64,000 bases of DNA from Orbicella franksi. Its lineage: Eukaryota. Location: positions 20,770,001-20,834,000 of the forward strand of contig OZ116712.1 of NCBI GenBank assembly GCA_964199315.1, read 5' to 3'. Below are positions 49,401-62,600 of the stretch, in pieces. Both the position numbers and the translations under genes were made by a program. The notes beneath the pieces were generated by a model. It saw nothing but the letters and a program-made list of their open reading frames with translations. It was not told where the DNA came from and made no database searches. Position 1 is the stretch's first letter, and each line of letters opens with the position of its first letter.

Positions 49401-50615
49401 ATTGTCACTTACCAGTTGCGATTCGCACTAGTAATTTCGTTTCTTGAACTGGCCGAGAGGTATACTCACAGAGCAAACCAGAACTTGTGCTCTTAGCTCT
49501 AACTGAAGACTGTGTAGAAATCCTTTCGGTCAGTGCTGGAATGAAAACAAAAACGGAATGAGCAGCGATGAGTGTGTTACCATCATGTGCGAGGCTCCCC
49601 GCAGAAAAAGGTTAATATAACATTAACATCGTTAGAGATCCTCGGCAAGAGATTTCCTGCGCTATGCCCAACGTTGTGACTTCTGGAGTAACTTTTACCT
49701 CTCAAAGCTGTGATGAGTCAAAATAAAGTACAATCCCCCTTTTCTGTCTTCCCTCAATCAGTTCTAAAGTGATTGTCTTGTAGCTTCCATTACCCTTTGC
49801 CTCTTATAATTGTTTTTATCCTTGTATATTAAACTTGGAAGGGCATGACAAGATAGAGTTTTGTTATTTTAATCACGAGAGGCGGGGTACATTTCCAGAT
49901 GCTGCGGCGCGAATATTTTGCGGCAATGTTCTAAACCTCTTCAAAAGGCAACTGTTATTAAAATCGCGTTCAATAAATCCAAATTGTCCATAGTGTTTAT
50001 TTCCACAACATTTTGCGAAGGATCTCATCAATTCTAATTTGCAGCACTTTAGCAAAGTAATAAAGTAAAAAGGGAATGTTTTGGCAATTATCTCATTCAG
50101 GTCTATTTGCATTCAAAAGGGAACATAGCTGGCGCTTTGGGCGCCCTTCAAAGAACTTGAACCAAAACCAAAACCCCTTGAACTAAATAACGATCTTAGA
50201 GCCACATTAACTCACACTGATACAATAGCATTCGTTTCAATTGTGCCAATATTCAACGAAATCGACTATTTTCCTGCTCTTGAGAGCAATTCTGAATTGT
50301 ATTGATCACCGTAAAACAAAAGCTTACATCACTCGAAGTTCGTCATTCGGCCTTTCAAGATTCCGACTCTCGGTGGAAGAGAAGTAATTAGTTGTAATTA
50401 ACAAGATCGATTTCACTGGTTGAAAGGAAACATTAACTAAAACGTTTGTTCTACCACAGGTCATGACTCTGCTATCAATAATAAATTTCAATATTTATAT
50501 TTGCTACTCCATTATAGTTAAACATTGGCTCCGACTCTCACAATCGACGCAATTGACTTCTGATCTCTGAAATTTTTGTTTAAATTTGATAATTGAAAAT
50601 TTCTTTTCTTAGGCA

Positions 50616-50688
50616 GATAATTTTCAATATTTCACTTCAGCTTTTCCTTTGTTTCTTCTGGGGTTGATAATTTTCAATATTTTACTTC
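50616..50688. repeat. 23-bp direct repeat, period 50 bp (gataattttcaatattt.acttc)
   Basis: Copies at 50616-50638 and 50666-50688. Confidence 0.8.
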
Positions 50689-53600
50689 TGTTGACCGTTA
50701 AAAGCGTTCGATCTTTCGCGTACTTTTTTCTTCGACGCCTTTTCTTTGAAGAAGATAAACACAGCTCAGTGTGTTGTGTATATTAATTTTTGGCGCCCAA
50801 CTCTTTTGAGATGACACTGTTTTGAAATTTCTTGCAATAAAAATTGACAGGAGGTTCATAAAATCTGAAGTGAAATCGGAGGGATTAAACCTTGCTGTCC
50901 TCGCGAATTGTACCACTAAGGGTCTCGCCGGAAATTAAATCAAATCCGAATTTTATTAGTTCCTCGCTTCGTTTGCTCGCTTGGTTCTTTTACTAGAGCA
51001 ACCTAAGAACTAGTTAACACAATTCGTAATGTAAAGGCAACAGCCATAGACATCGAATACAAGATGCTCACACTAATTATCGACATACCGACTATATAAC
51101 TAAAACAAAGTCATGACAATTCATATCGTTTGCGAATCCAATAAATTTTGTTTTTATAAACATGATCATTCTGATAAAAGCAAAAAACAGTTTTTACCAT
51201 ATCTGCCTTTGTGCGGAGCGATCTCAGTTTCTATTGTCGTGTAACGGTTAGCTATTGGTTTGCCTAGATATTAAAGCTGTACTCGAGAAGAATCTTTTCG
51301 GAAATCCCTTCCTACAAGTCAGTGAAAGACAGCGCCTCTCACCGGAAAGAAGGCCGAGTCGTATATAAATTGCAATCCAACCAAGATCGACCATTGACAG
51401 AAATGGAAACTTCTACATATCAATTAACCCTCGCTAATTTTGGCGATGTTCTGTCATCGCGGTAAATTTTCATAAACGGATCAACGTCTTAAACCTTCGC
51501 CCGTGATAATTGCAGTGGTATTTTGAAGAGTAAAGCAGCGACCGCTTTTCGGAAGACGAAATAAAATTAGTAAGGTCTTTATTAGTTCTTACACGCGTAC
51601 TTTGCAACTCTTATAAACAACCTGAAAATGAAATTCCCTCGAAATTTTTCTTGCAAAAAAACCTAGCGTGCACGAAAATAACTTCATTAATTAAAATATA
51701 CACAGGACTCTACCGCGACTCCTAAAATTGTAGGCTTACCTTTATATTCAAACTCTGTGTAGGTTTCTGTTGACCGTTATTTACTGACACAAACACAGGA
51801 AATTTTAAACAAACCAGCGTTGAATACAACCGTAATGTGCACAGCAGTCAATATCAACCGGAGTTGTCAACCAAATAAAAGTACCTCGAATATCTTCCTT
51901 GCTCTCGTGATATGTACGTGATTTATATTCCAGCCCTTATGGACTTAAAGGTCAATACGACTACCACACCAGTACTCTGTCAATAGGCATATTTTTACTT
52001 GGGACACGCAAGGGCATTTCTGGAAAATGCTCATTTCGCCAGACAGATTTAACCTCAATTTAACAACAATATACAAAAGAGGACTTACTTTGAGATTTTG
52101 GATTTTTTCCAACTCAGAGAAGTTGAAAAGACGGTGGTTTGGCGATAAAAGCCGTGACACAAACGTATATTCAGGGAGAGTTATTTTCCACAAAGTTCCG
52201 GCTTAGGGGGTGAAAGATTAAGGCATTTTTGAGAGTAGAATTACGCGTTTGGCATTTAAACGCCTCGCATCATTGCTCTAAAATCTGACAAGGCTCAAAA
52301 TTGTGAGCGACGCAAACCAGCAGAGCTAACTAGAGCAAGAGCATGTAACCAAGACACGTCATGGAGTCTGATGCACTGGTTTTCGCTGGTACTATCGCCT
52401 CAGTTCAACGCTTACAAAACTTATGTAAATCATCAGTTAACGGCCAGGTCGAAAACACACGTACAGGAGGGGTCGTTTTAAAAACTTCACTTGAGACGAA
52501 TGGATCCAGCCCTGAAAAGCTTAAATTTTCTAATTTTGGAGTTTGTAACAATGCTCCTAAACTTTGAAGGGCCGCAAGTTTCAGAACATCATGTGTTTTG
52601 AAAGAAACGTCATGTCAAACGCGTCTCATCAACTGCACACAATGCGTATTCCACCCTTAAGTATATACGGATTAGTTGAGCTTACAGACGCGCTAAACCA
52701 GCTTTCGACATAATTCTCGCACTATGAGTAGCATCATTGCGTGTTTGCAAGAAGCTTTTTAGAGCCTTATAGGACATAAGAAACTAGATTAGCCGGCTAC
52801 AGTGAGACTATTTAACTCAAATCGTCGCCGATTCTTCCCTCACCTTTTTGCAGCAAAGGTAAATAACATTTTGAAGCAGCCCTGTCGCATAAAGTTTTAA
52901 AAAATACATGCCTCATCAAAAGGCTTGTTAACAGGACGAAATGTGTTACTTAATATAGACCTGATAAAAGTTCTTTGCACCATGTTTTAATTTCCTCGAT
53001 GTTTAGTCTCAACCATTGAACTCCTAAGAGTACAGCAGGAGATCAGTAGAAATTGGCCAAATTGTGTAAAATTTCCATTTGGTTAAAACTGAAAACAAAC
53101 ACCACATAAAAGCACTGTTCTACAGCTTTCATTTGAATGTTCATACTTCCTAACAAATTTAATCGCGGGACTCAAAACTTAGTCCACATTCTGATGTGAT
53201 TGAGGGTGTCATTTTGGCTCTGGACGGGAAATGTTAAGCCTTCAATTTCTGTAGATATAACGTGAAATGGAAACACTGCTACATACGTGCAATCACTGTT
53301 TACAAATAAACCCTTAGATGTGTTAAACTTTCTGCGACAGCACGATAGAAAAAATTGTTTTACCCACTTCTAGTGCCATTTCCTGGCTTAGCGCTTTTTT
53401 TAGTAAGCCATTCTTGTTATCGGCGGTCAAGAGGAAACAGGTTTGATAATTTTGGGCTTACTGCTGGGTTGGAAAAATGCCGCATTATAAACATTAATAA
53501 AAATAAGCATTTACACATTTCTTGGAAAAGATAGAGTTAAAAATACATGCATATCAAGTCGAAATTCGACCGAGTGAAAGACTTATGTCTTTTAAAGTAA

Positions 53601-56600
53601 TCAGGTCGTTTCGTGAGTAAACTATCTATTTCAGGAGAGTAAGTTTGCGTGTTTCAAGCATTCCAGAATTTAATCACTACAGACTGTGGTCCGTCTGGTA
53701 TTGTACGCTCTCGAATCCAAGAGCTTGATTCCATGCAGGCAAACAAAATAGTATTAGGAGGTCGAGCATCTCTTTGTTGCTATAACTGACACGTGGGTTA
53801 AGCTGAAATGGTAAAAGATTTCAAAGTCTTTTAGATACTCACTTGAGATTTTTCCACAAGATAGACTGGAAGACCATTGAGTGAGGAGAAAGTGGTCTCT
53901 CGTTCGATGAACCTTCTATCCTTCGTGCACATGTTTTAATTGTGGGAAATCTCGACCGCACACTTCAAACACATTTAATGCACACGCGGGGCACGCAAAA
54001 ATCTATTTTATAAACCTACACAGAGTGCTCATTAGAAAAATGAAAGAGAAAAACGTGCCCAGAGTACGACAAGTGCTCGTTTCTGAGCGAAGAACAGGAC
54101 CTCTAAGTAACACGTGCAGACGAGAATATCAACTTTGAATACGAGTATACTTGTTCAATGTATTTGCAGTTTGGTAATTTGTACATTTAAATTACAAGAG
54201 CTGGCTTTAGAGTCTATGTAGTCGACTGGTGATGGAATTAAAGTTGGTGCGGAAAGATTTTCTATTTGCGAGACTGGCAAAGCTTGTACAGTTTTCCATT
54301 GCCGCACCTGACTTGGTGCGGGTTCTCAGGTTTCTATCCCCAACTACCGACGAAAACGTTTGAGAAGTTTTTCCAGTGTTTTATTCTTAGACAACATGGT
54401 ATATCATGATTATAAGCAAATAATCAGCAGAACACCTTTGGATTCAATGCAACCGTTATCCACTCTGTTAAGAAGTTGACATTCTCTAAAGAAAGAGACG
54501 GTTATCCGCTCAACGACTGAAAAAAACCCAATGTCAAAATTCAATCGCTTTTCAATGACCACACGTGTTATCGACTCTAGACAGGAAGAAAATTCCGTAT
54601 TGTTTCAATGGTTAAGTGATTTATAACTTTCACTAAATATTATAACCGGAGTCATTCAACGGTTTCACCAAGCATCAGTTATTACCTGCTATCCGAGGAA
54701 ACGAACTAAACATAAATCAACAAAATTAATCAGCATTTAGACCCTCGTAGTTGGGAATCAGTCATTTTTTTTTTCTTACTAAAGCGTCGTCTCTGAAGAG
54801 TTCTCGAGACTTAACTTTATTTAGATTTACAAAGCTATGATCTAACTAGCGAATTTAATCACAATCGACTAGGTGACTGACTTGCTTTAAATCTTGATTT
54901 CAGTGAAATACGTCTAAGCCTGGTAGATTCGAATTTCGCATTGCCTGTGGGCTTTATATAATGCCATGAAAATATATCGCGTCAAGAGACGCGTCCCATC
55001 CCATGTATGGTATGAATAAAATACAAATAACGCTTTGTTAACTTAATGTTGAATACAAAAATTGAGTACCTTGCTTCTCCGAATCTCTTTGGCCTTTGAA
55101 TTCAACTGAGCGAGTTTTAAACTTCTTCTGATAATTAGGTGTTTTGACTTCAATTTATCAGTCAACAACTGACTAAACGGCTCGTTTTGTAAATTTATGC
55201 GACGAGTTTTTTAGCACTTCCTTATCGGAAAGCCGTGAAATATTTGTCATAAATTAGCCCTGGAGGCCGCACGGAGCTTCAAAGACAATCTGTTCGGCCA
55301 TAAAGTCGTAAGATTATTAAACAGAGGACGGCTAATGGTTTCGGGCCATGCTGCTTTTGACAAAAAAGACGACAGGAATAACTCATCATTCTATAGTAAT
55401 CTTTTGTTTCGGGTAATTTGTCAGTGTAAAGTGAGTTTATAGAGGAAAAGAAGGAAAACAAATGTGTAAAACGTTATCATCCTTTGTGAATCGAGTACGT
55501 GCCAAAAACAACGATTTTTCTTTTAGATGAAAAAACAACATAAAACTTCGATATTATTCGGAAAGATGATTTTGCAGAGTCAGTGAAGAGAGTTTTATTC
55601 AATCCTTCTCTTGGATTGTGGATTATTGAATGAAACTGCTGATCCATGGGGCAAAGGGGGTTTTAGACGAAAAGGAAGAATAAAATATATTCCTTTTGAT
55701 GTATATGATAAAAATGGTAGCTTTTGGTATTTCCTAGAAGTAACACGTTTCACAAAAAAGCGAAGGAATACTCTAAGGCAAACATTTCGCTATCTCAGCC
55801 TTGTAAACGATATTTTAAATAACCACGAATGTGTTTAAATCTCTTCCAAAATGTTTACTTCACACACAGCATAGAAGTCAAAGGCAAGACATTTGAATAA
55901 ACTATGAACCCCTGTTGTACATCTTCTTGTGAAGCAAAATGCATCGTTGTTTTCACTTAAAAAAACGCGAAAAGAAAAAGAAAAAAAAGGAAGAAAATTT
56001 ACCTCCTTGAATCGATTAATTAAATTTAAAAATTATTTGAATAATGCCCTGTTTAGTTAAAGATCGCCTTTGTACTAAAAACCTGACGTTTCTGTACAGG
56101 GAGTCTTGTCCAAACGCTGACTGTAAATTTGCATTATAAAGGCAGAGACAAGAGCCTACTTGTTTAACCTCGAAAATTTCTCCGCGCTTCGATTGCATCT
56201 CGGAATATTCTTAGAAAAGGCGTATATCTTGTTTGTTTAACGTTTCGTTTTATATTTCGCGCGCAGATTGACGCACAGTCCCATTCTACGTTGGCAAGCG
56301 AAAAACAGCAAGAAAATATAGAGACTTTAGTAGAGAACGTTCGCCAAAGATAACTGTTTAGTAAAAGTTTTTGAAAGTAGGTCGAGGCTTGCGAAAATAT
56401 ACCGAGGATGGCGATTGTCAAAGCTCACCGACAATTAGTCTTTGGATGAGTGGACCAGTGAACCTTGTCGGAACTTTGAAATATTCTTTGAAATGAAAAT
56501 TAGGCCGATTCTTCAGATGCTTTGGCCAATTTGGAAAAGCTTGCCGCAAGCCTGAGATAATGAATTTTTCATCATGCAGACCAAGGTTTGTAACGCGGCA

Positions 56601-59600
56601 AACGGGGCGGCTTTGAATTGCAAGATAAAACCGCCATAACATCGAAAAATAAATTAAATTGCTTTGAATAAGTTACGGCGGAGAGAATAAATTCAGTTTG
56701 TCTCTATTCCTTCTCAGTTAGGTCAGACACAAAAGAGATATTCGTCGAAATCAGTCACCATTCCCTTAGATACGTGTTTTGTCCAAGTTTCAGCGACAGT
56801 TTCTCAATTCCTGGCGTATAATTCAAGGCCATGCAATAAATGTATCTGTATGATCTCGGCTTGTTTCCTTCAATGAACTTTCAATCATTGCTACTTTGAC
56901 TTCGTATATATATTGACCTGCAGACGGACCAGTTGAAAATATAAATATCATATCGGCCCAGAGAACTTTAAAACCCTGTTGTTTACTCGCTGCAGTTGTT
57001 GTGTACAAAGCTGCAACCGATTTTGCAGCATGACTCACTAATTATACCGTACTGGGTTAAAAAATGTCCCGCGAACCCAGTGTTTGCATGGTTTGGCCTT
57101 AATTATTAAATATTTTGTCTTTCACTACCTTCTAGTCTCTTATTTGAAGAATAATTACAATTTATACAAAGAAAACTGGCCAGAATTGGTATAAAACATG
57201 CATTTTCAGCTCACTTGTGTCTCTTATGGAGGGATGAAACTTTTTAATTAAATTTCTGTCAATTTGGCGTGACCTTATGAGACGGTATACATATTGGTCG
57301 GGCCATTCAAGGCAGGAATATACAGGGTTTATCCTTCGCGTGCTCCTGCCTAAACTGTGCTTTATAATTGTCGGCTCGAGGGCGTATAATCTCATTACCA
57401 AGCCTGTAAGCATCAAATAGAATACACCTGTGAAAACAATACCTCCGATTCCACACACCAACGAATCACAACGGCCATGGCATTCTTCAACATGCTGTTT
57501 GAGATCCAAACCTTCGAACAAGCGAATTTAATATCGTGTCTTCTTACTCGCGCGAAAGAAGACGGAAATTACTTTCAACGAAGCGGTTAGACTAGAATTT
57601 AAGTAGGGTCTGCATCAAGCAAGGGTGTGTTTATTTTACGAAGTGTCTAAGACGCAGTAAAGCGCTTAGATATCAATGCTCACTCGGCAGGATTACAGAA
57701 GTGGATTCGTGTTGTTTTGTTGCCTTTAGGTAAACATTTAAACGGCAGTTGTGCAAACTTTGAGTTGAACATTCCAACAAACTACACCGTTAGGTTGTTT
57801 TTGAAACGGAATACACATTTGATCTTTTTCAGAAAAAAAAAAAAAAAATCGTGCACCATAAATTCGAACCGCTAAATGGCAACGCTTTTAAGATAAACAG
57901 AAAAGAGGATTGCTTGGTGGGATTATAAATTATTTTGCTTTTGCTTTTAAGAAGAGATGACTTTTTAAAAACAACGAAGTCGCTGTGGAGGACTCTCGCT
58001 ATTTAATGAGAAATAACCCTTTTAGTAAAACGTTGGTAGAAATGAAGATCACTGTGTGCTATTTAATTTTATTTTCTTTTTTAACGGTCAAGGAAATATA
58101 TCAAGTAAACAAATTTCTAAAGCAATAAGCTGTGGAGTTTTTCGAAAACTAAAAGCGATGAAATATTTTGCTTATACCGTCAAAATAGCGTGTACTCTAT
58201 ATTGATAGCAAATTTAAAGGGAATCGGATTTTCAGCTGAGAAGTACGTAAGAATTCGCAAGAGTTTAACTCGGTAAACGTTATATTTTGTTATAAAAACA
58301 ATGTCTGTGGGTGCCCACAAAGCGGAGAGCGCTCTAACTTTTCACGAAGTTATGGCTTTGCCTCTCCGTAAGATATCTGAAGGGAAATTTAGAGTCATGA
58401 TCGAGGTAACATAAAACGAAGGGGCATGGACACTCGCTGGAAAAAGGTAGCTTCAACAGCGCCTGAAATTTAGGGAAATCGCTCGCGCAAAGAAGTTTAA
58501 AAATGAGTTAAAGTAATTAAGTGATCCGTTTTTATCTCCCGTGTGAAAACAGTGATCGGTTTAAACAAGGGGAACATTGACTGATGCGTTTGAAAGAGCC
58601 GCAAATCAACACGGCGAAACTTGAATTGTTTAAAATGACGCCCAATGAGTCATTCCTCCGGCCGGGAAATGTCTGTTTTCCTTTGAAAATGTTTAGTTAA
58701 ACCATTATACCAGCAAAGTGCAGGTTTCTTTAGGCCTCAAGCCTTGTTCAAAGGGATTAGAAATAATTCAGTTTGATCTTTCTGTTAAATGAAAAAAAGG
58801 CAATTTAACTAAGAAGTTAATTTTTCATGGAGAAAGTAAAAGAACCCTCAATTTCCGAGCAAAACTCATAATCGAGGCACTTGTACAGATGGCAAAACAT
58901 TCAGATACCTTCGGCAAGCTTTTTATTGTTACGGAAAACTCATTTGCCGCCATAATTTCGCTTTTATTGAGGTAATCAAATCCGCAATTATATCTTCTTG
59001 GTGTCAATAGAAACAATTTTATTAAAGTTTTAATTTAATTAGTGGCATGAAAAAATAAAAGCGATCGCTTAATTTTGCCTCTAAGTACTCAACAACCGTG
59101 TACAGTATTTAGATTGAAAGGATATTGTTTCAGTAATAATTGTTAATATCCTTGCAGCAATCTTGGCGGTTCGCTTTGTTGGAAACCGTGTGTATTGGGG
59201 AAATTTACATTGGGCCCAAGTGAATTAACCGTGTCGACTTCTTTCAGTTTGGCCGTGTGACGCAGGCGTAACGCAAGAACTGTATTGAAGATTATCACGA
59301 GTTTCTCACCATGAAAACAGACGGGAAAACACTGTAGGTTTGGTGGTAAAATGTTCAAAGTTTTTAACTCGATGACATACCGCGGACTCGCAAAGAACAG
59401 TCAAAATACGTCACTGAAAAAGGGCCGCATTAACCGGAAAAGGATACGAGAGATATTAGAGCGAGTCAGAAGAAGCGAAATGCTTTCTGATGCAAATTAT
59501 GCAATAAACTAATCAGTGATCTAATTTGTTCTTTTCTTGTCGCTTCACAGACGGCCGAAATGAGGCCGAGCCGACATTTAGGAACAAAAGGCGAGCAATG

Positions 59601-62600
59601 AATATTTTCCACTGCCCATATATTCAAAATGAACTACGCGGAATCGAAATTAACTCAATTAAGCGAGCGAGCGCACAGGGCAGCTGTTGAGAGTTGTGCC
59701 TCGCACCTTGAACAATTGCATTTGAAGTTTTCCATTGTTCCCTATAATGACGGTCCACAAAGCTCTCAGTATCTTGGAGGCGTGAGCCGAAAGGCAATAC
59801 TCTCTTTCTCGCGCGCCACAGTAAAATGACCCTACTGTGCTTACTTTACATATAAGGTAAAAGCGTGTTTCAGGCCTCTTTGACTTGTCAGTCAATTGAC
59901 ACTTTACTGCACGCAACCGGCTAAGTCATCAAACAGGATTTGCTGACCGCGGTAAACTTACCACGAGTTGCGTTTCAAACGCCACGGACTCACTTTGAAT
60001 TTTGACAGCGTTTTCTATTATTGAATTTTTTCAGCTCGCGGTGGCATCTCGGGCAAATAGGTTTTGCTGGTTGTGAGAGAATTCCGTTGTTAAAGGCTTT
60101 GCTGGTGCGGGTTCGTCGAGACGAAATTCAACTCAGTCATTCTAGGACGATAAGGTATGGTTCAACACGCTTGAATAGTTTTTTAAACGTTCTTTCAGGT
60201 AAATAGGAATTAAAAGTTCTGGCGAGAAAATGAATCGCGTGTCTTAACCAACAACAATGAATAATTATGATAAATTTATGCTACGGACGACTCTAACGCA
60301 ATGTTATTAAGATTGTTGTTTAGCTTGGCTAGGAGCACTGGTTCGTCGTTTAAACGGTGTTGAGATAGCATATATTGCTTCTAATATTACTTATAAGGAG
60401 CTTTTTAATTATTGCTCAAGAGCACATATACATTGATATTAGACTCGGGGTAAAAATTGAGATAGAAATTTACAGTTGGAAGTGCGATGTTGAGTTCGCA
60501 ACATGCGAGTATGTGTCAAACTGGCAGCACCGAGTCTGTGCGGATAATTGCTTATTTACCGAGACTTAACTGCTATTCAATTAATTGATAGTAAATGTCA
60601 GGGCTAAATCCAGTATTTAGAAGGCTTCGAATTTAGCAGGGCTCGTGTTTGTACAAGAACAGTACACAATAATCGAGTCCACAACTCCAAACTAACTCCA
60701 ACTGCGCCAAGTCATTTTCGTATTCTCCAGAAAAATAACGCTCTTGGGTTGACTAGCGAGTCGTGCTGCTGTTAACTTGTCAAATCAATCGCTCTACTGA
60801 ATCGATATTTTGATAAGCTTCACTGGATTGCATTCAAAGCAACGCTTTTGAGAACAAAATCCAACACTTTAATGCTTTGAAACCGATAATAGGATCTACA
60901 ACGGGTTCAGTAGATATACGATTCACCCGACAAAAAACTCGTGGTCACATCGCCCACATACTACAACAACACAAATTCGTCCCCGGCGAGTTCTTCAGAG
61001 TCGTTCCATCCGGCAACACAGGCTTTCGATCATTAAAGTTTCTGCTTGGTTGAAGAGGTTGAGCGAGTCTTCTAGGCATTGCTCAGACGATTTCGTGATT
61101 AGACACCCAAGGAAGAATGTGGAAATATTTTTTTTCTCTCCTCTCCCGTCGACTCGACTACTGGATCACTCTATTCTTTTGAATCGACTTCCAGGAGGAC
61201 AGGAAGCCGGAAACTTTCATGCTGCTGTCTCAACCGAGCCACATTTTCAAAACATGACACACTTTCATAGCAACCTCCGTCCTTTTCCTCACCTAAAACG
61301 AACAGAAAACGTCCTAGCCACAGAATTGGACGCAGCTGACGAATATCAACGGTCGAACGACCGGTTCCAAAGCACGACGTTGTTTTGGTGACGCGGTGTA
61401 GATAGTGATGGAACGCTCTCTTGGGGAGGATGTTGTTGTGTTCATCTGTGGTACACCGGGACAACGCAATTCAGGCCATGCGTGTTTTCCTTGAAACAAC
61501 ACACGGGCAGGAGTCCAAACCACTCTTTCCGTTGCCCCTTCAGATTGATTTTTTGTGGTATTTGTGTCATGTGTGTGCCGAGTATTTTTCTTTGTTGGCA
61601 TTTCAGAGAACAAGCACCTTGAGAGTTTCAGATAATTAGTGCAAAAATCAATTCTACTTCCTATGCTATCTTATCATTTGTTTCTATTTTCGTGTGAAGC
61701 TCTATTAAAATCTCTAGAATCCAAATACAAAATTTGGTTCCTTGTGTACTTTGCTAGGCAGAATGACTAGGTCAGAGACTGACTGATTTTATTCATCCTC
61801 TCACTGAGGCACCCTTCCAGAACTTCAGATGGCAAATGTCTTCGTTCAACTTGTCGTTTCAGACACAGCCACTAGAAAATCTCAACATTGTCTGTGTGGA
61901 AAAACGCTATCACATTCCATCATGTAAGAACTAACAGAAGCTTCTGTTACTTTTCCTGAGTCGTTTCCTACCGGCGGTTTAAGGCAGATACAATCAGACG
62001 GTAAATTGTCTTTCACTGCACTGACAACATATCTACTTGTTGTTCGGCTGCACAGTATCACCTGGATCAAACATAAGAGCCCTTTGGACAAATTTTAGCC
62101 TGACACGGAACTTACTGGCCTGTATTATTTTTTCCTTTAGAACAGGTATGTGAGGGTTTTTGAACTGTTTCGTATCTCGAAATAAGATTCAGGCCCAAAA
62201 AGTGTATTGTAGAGAATTTCGCTACGATACTGTCGCAGTCCTTCGGTAGACTGAAGGGCCTCTGAAGGTATGCCAAAATGACCTATGACAATTCCCTTGG
62301 AAAATGTGCACCAAATATAACTTTGTGACGGTTTTGGTTATTACTTCCTTCTTGAATTATTGTGAGCCGATGTGTATAAGGCCAATTTGTGATCGAGTAC
62401 AGCTTTTTACTGAATGTATAGGAAATCGGGTAATCAAACTACAGTGGAACTTCGTCATGCGGATACACAACTTGGAGTACAGTTCTGTCGTGACAAAAAA
62501 GCTGAATCTTACAGCTTAAAATGTAGATCCTCTAAGTGCTATTTCAAAGACATTTTGGGAAATCTAAGCTCGTTTTCGGCTGCCTGTTGATCTTTGAGAC

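Noticed and set aside
59553-59697. Peptide EPTFRNKRRAM resembling homeodomain helix 3 (a possible fourth homeobox remnant)
   Set aside because: Lacks the invariant Trp, is on the opposite strand, has no accompanying exon-2 remnant and no other similarity.
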